The translations under genes and the position numbers were made by a program. 62,095 bases of DNA from an uncultured Clostridia bacterium (GTDB taxonomy: Bacteria; Bacillota; Clostridia; TANB77; CAG-465). The DNA lies in assembly GCA_934162655.1 (NCBI GenBank), contig CAKPJL010000005.1, forward strand, positions 1 to 62,095. The letters run 5' to 3'. Shown piece after piece: positions 59,638 to 62,095 of the stretch (its first letter is position 1; each line of letters starts with the position of its first letter). The notes under the pieces are model-generated. The model saw only the letters and a program-made list of their open reading frames with translations, did not search any database and was not told the origin of the DNA.

Positions 59638-61044
59638 ATGGAAGAAAATATAATAGAGATATGGTCGCAAGCGTTGGAAATACTAGCACAAGAGATTTCT
59701 CCAGTTGGTTTTGCAACATATGTTGAAGTAATGGTTCCAAGAGCTGTGGATAACACAACAATATGCTTTTTATCGCCATCAAATTACCATATCGATATAT
59801 GTAAAAAAAGATATCTTGATTTGATAGAAAATACTCTTACTTTTCTGACAAAAAAATCATATAAAATTATTTTTGAGTCAAAAGATATAATTCCAACAGA
59901 AGAAGAAAGTTCAAGTAACGAAGAAAAAATCACAGAAAAAATCTCAAACAATAGGGAAGAAGAACAGGATAAAAAAACTAGTTTAAACAATGAAAAAGAA
60001 GAAACTGTAGTTGCAAAATGTCCAAACCTAAATCAAAAATACACATTTGATAATTTTATAATAGGCTCAAATAATAGATTTGCACATGCAGCAGCATATG
60101 CGGTCTATGAAAATCCTGGCTATAAATATAATCCACTATTCATATATGGTGGTGTAGGGCTTGGTAAAACTCATCTTATGCAGTCAATTGGAAATGAAAT
60201 GTACAAAAATAATCAAAGCACTAAAATAATATATTGTACAGGTGAAGAATTTGCAAATGAAGTTATTACATCAATAATGACAAATAAAAATGATAGTTTT
60301 AGAAAGAAATACAGAAATATAGATTTACTTTTAATAGATGATATTCAATTTTTAGCTGGAAAAGAGAAGTGTCAAGAAGAATTTTTCCATACATTTAATG
60401 CATTATTTGAAAGTGGAAAACAAATTGTACTTACATCAGAAAAACCACCAAAAGAAATACCAGAACTAGAAGATAGACTTAAAACAAGATTTGAAATGGG
60501 ACTTTCAGTTGATATAAAAAATCCTGATTTTGAAACAAGACTTGCAATTCTTAGAAAAAAAGCAGAGAAGGAAAGATATGTTATTTCTGATGATATACTT
60601 GTTAAAATAGCTACAAGAGTAAAATCTAATATTCGTGAACTTGAAGGGGTATTTAATAAACTTGTTGCATATACATCATTTACAAATAATGCTTTAACTG
60701 ATGATATTGTTGATAATACAATCGAATCTATATTAGTTAGAAATACAAAAGTTATAACAAGTAAACTTATAATGCAAGTTGTATGTAAATTTTTTAATAT
60801 TAAAGTAAGTGATATGGTAAGTGATAAACGTTCAAATAGTGTAGCGTTTCCAAGACAAATAGCTATGTACCTTTGTCGTGAAATAGCAAATATGTCATTT
60901 CCTAATATAGGTAAAGATTTTGGTGGAAGAGATCATTCAACAGTTTTGCATGCTTATTCAAAAATAAAAGAAGAATATGATAATAAAACTGAAACAAAAT
61001 CTTTAATAGATGATATCAAAAAATCCTTATCTGTTGAGGATTAG
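59638..61044 (+). CDS. dnaA: Chromosomal replication initiator DnaA
   Basis: Walker A is GGVGLGKTHL. Also LLIDDIQF, and the domain IV motif DHSTVLHA. GAAAGGTGG RBS before the ATG at 59638. Confidence 0.95.
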   Translation: MEENIIEIWSQALEILAQEISPVGFATYVEVMVPRAVDNTTICFLSPSNYHIDICKKRYLDLIENTLTFLTKKSYKIIFESKDIIPTEEESSSNEEKITEKISNNREEEQDKKTSLNNEKEETVVAKCPNLNQKYTFDNFIIGSNNRFAHAAAYAVYENPGYKYNPLFIYGGVGLGKTHLMQSIGNEMYKNNQSTKIIYCTGEEFANEVITSIMTNKNDSFRKKYRNIDLLLIDDIQFLAGKEKCQEEFFHTFNALFESGKQIVLTSEKPPKEIPELEDRLKTRFEMGLSVDIKNPDFETRLAILRKKAEKERYVISDDILVKIATRVKSNIRELEGVFNKLVAYTSFTNNALTDDIVDNTIESILVRNTKVITSKLIMQVVCKFFNIKVSDMVSDKRSNSVAFPRQIAMYLCREIANMSFPNIGKDFGGRDHSTVLHAYSKIKEEYDNKTETKSLIDDIKKSLSVED

Positions 61045-61100
61045 AAGTTATTATTACAAAAATATTACAAATATTTTACTTAAATATTACATCAAAAAAG

Positions 61101-61373
61101 TTATCCACAGAAATGTGTGAATAACCATGTGGAAAATCTGTGAATAAGTAAAAAAATGTAAAATTATCCACACAAAACAAATATTCTGTGGAAAAATGTA
61201 ACAACTTATCCACAGAGTTATCAACATTTAAAATTATAGTGGTAGCAATACTTTGATATAGTTTTCCACAATATCAACATAACCTACTACTACTACTATG
61301 AAATATATATAAATATTATAATAGTATTTATGTATGCACTTTTGAAACCCAACTTATCCACACCTGTTGATAA
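61101..61373. promoter_or_regulatory. oriC right part: DnaA-box array, trio repeat and AT-rich unwinding region in the dnaA-dnaN spacer
   Basis: Perfect TTATCCACA at 61101, 61164, 61206 and 61354. One-mismatch boxes at 61116, 61128, 61139, 61187, 61218, 61262 and 61365. AT-rich stretch at 61299-61345. Confidence 0.8.
61284..61298. repeat. Five tandem CTA (TAG on the complement) trinucleotides, DnaA-trio candidate
   Basis: CTACTACTACTACTA lies directly between tandem DnaA boxes (61262-61279) and the AT-rich stretch. Confidence 0.4.
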
Positions 61374-61404
61374 AGTTAAAAAAGAGAAGAGAGGATGAAA
61401 CAAA

Positions 61405-62095
61405 ATGAATATAAAATGTAATTTAAAAGAACTAATAAATGGATTAAATGTTGTATCAAAAACATCAGCATCTAAAACAACAATGCCTATACAAGAAGGT
61501 GTATTAATAGAAGCATATGGAAATGAAGTAAGACTTACTACATATGATCTAGAACTAGGATGTGAGCATAGATTTTCATGTAAAGTAGAGGAAAATGGAA
61601 AAACAGTTGTAGATATAAAAACTTTAAACGAAATAGTTAGAAGAATTGAAGATGAAGAAATAGAAATTACTGTAAGTGAAAACATCTTTACTTTAAAATC
61701 AGCTACTGGTATATTTAAATTAACTACTATGAATCCAGATGAATTCACTAAATTACCTGTGTTTAATGTGGATAATTCTATTGAAATTTTACAAAAAGAT
61801 TTTAAAGAAATGGTAAGAAGAACAGTGTTTTCAGTAAGTACAGATGAAAATAGACCAGTATATAATGGTTCTTTAATAAAAGTAGAAGATAATATATTAA
61901 CAATCGTGGCAATAGATGGTTTTAGATTATCTCTTAGAAAAAAGTTGAGTAATAAAAATATAAATAATTTCAAAGCTATAATTCCAGGTAGAACATTAAA
62001 TGAATTATTAAAGATACTTACAGATAATGAAGAAAGCATTATAAAAATAGGTGTAAATAAAAATCAAGCATTATTTGAAATAGATAGTAGTATTC
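61405..62095 (+). CDS. dnaN: DNA polymerase III beta sliding clamp, 5' partial (runs off the window)
   Basis: GAGAGG RBS. Hand translation reads MNIKCNLKELINGLNVVSKTSASKTTMPIQEGVLIEA...DGFRLSLRK with no stop before the window ends. The supplied antisense ORF 61296..62039 is a shadow of this gene. Confidence 0.9.
   Translation, partial: MNIKCNLKELINGLNVVSKTSASKTTMPIQEGVLIEAYGNEVRLTTYDLELGCEHRFSCKVEENGKTVVDIKTLNEIVRRIEDEEIEITVSENIFTLKSATGIFKLTTMNPDEFTKLPVFNVDNSIEILQKDFKEMVRRTVFSVSTDENRPVYNGSLIKVEDNILTIVAIDGFRLSLRKKLSNKNINNFKAIIPGRTLNELLKILTDNEESIIKIGVNKNQALFEIDSSI

Noticed and set aside
61296-62039. 247-aa minus-strand ORF in the supplied track.
   Set aside because: It is the antisense shadow of dnaN. 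The plus strand from ATG 61405 has an RBS and translates into a recognisable beta-clamp N-terminus. dnaN was missed by the track only because it has no stop inside the window.

Overview
Very AT-rich, Firmicutes-type (Clostridia/Tissierellia-like) chromosomal segment that ends at the replication origin. The right end carries the classic origin block on the minus strand (parB-parA-rsmG-mnmG-mnmE-jag-yidC-yidD-rnpA-rpmH), then DnaA-box clusters, dnaA and a partial dnaN. The middle is mostly housekeeping genes on the minus strand: tsf, rpsB, M16 peptidase pair, rpiB, uppS, ispA-like, groES/EL, pyrG, four tRNAs. Two regions stand out. (1) At 24.9-31.2 kb, a tightly coupled six-gene operon combines Tad-pilus-type parts with a split VirB4-type conjugation ATPase. 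The Tad-type parts are a TadZ/CpaE-like ATPase, a CpaF/VirB11-family ATPase and one T2SSF platform protein. It has no pilin, coupling protein, relaxase or hydrolase, and I cannot assign it to a described machine. (2) At 1.4-7.1 kb, a degenerate integrative island carries an AAA+ ATPase plus S8 protease pair (IetAS-like antiphage architecture) and a tyrosine integrase. It is bracketed by two diverged copies of one gene and ends in a tRNA-Met 3' half. Several genes are interrupted. Two +1 frameshifts both fall on CCGG, one frameshift lies in an A7 run, and there are two single nonsense codons. These may reflect gene decay or sequencing artefacts. No CRISPR array, rRNA or transposase was seen. 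All calls rest on motif reading and manual alignment only; no database search was possible.
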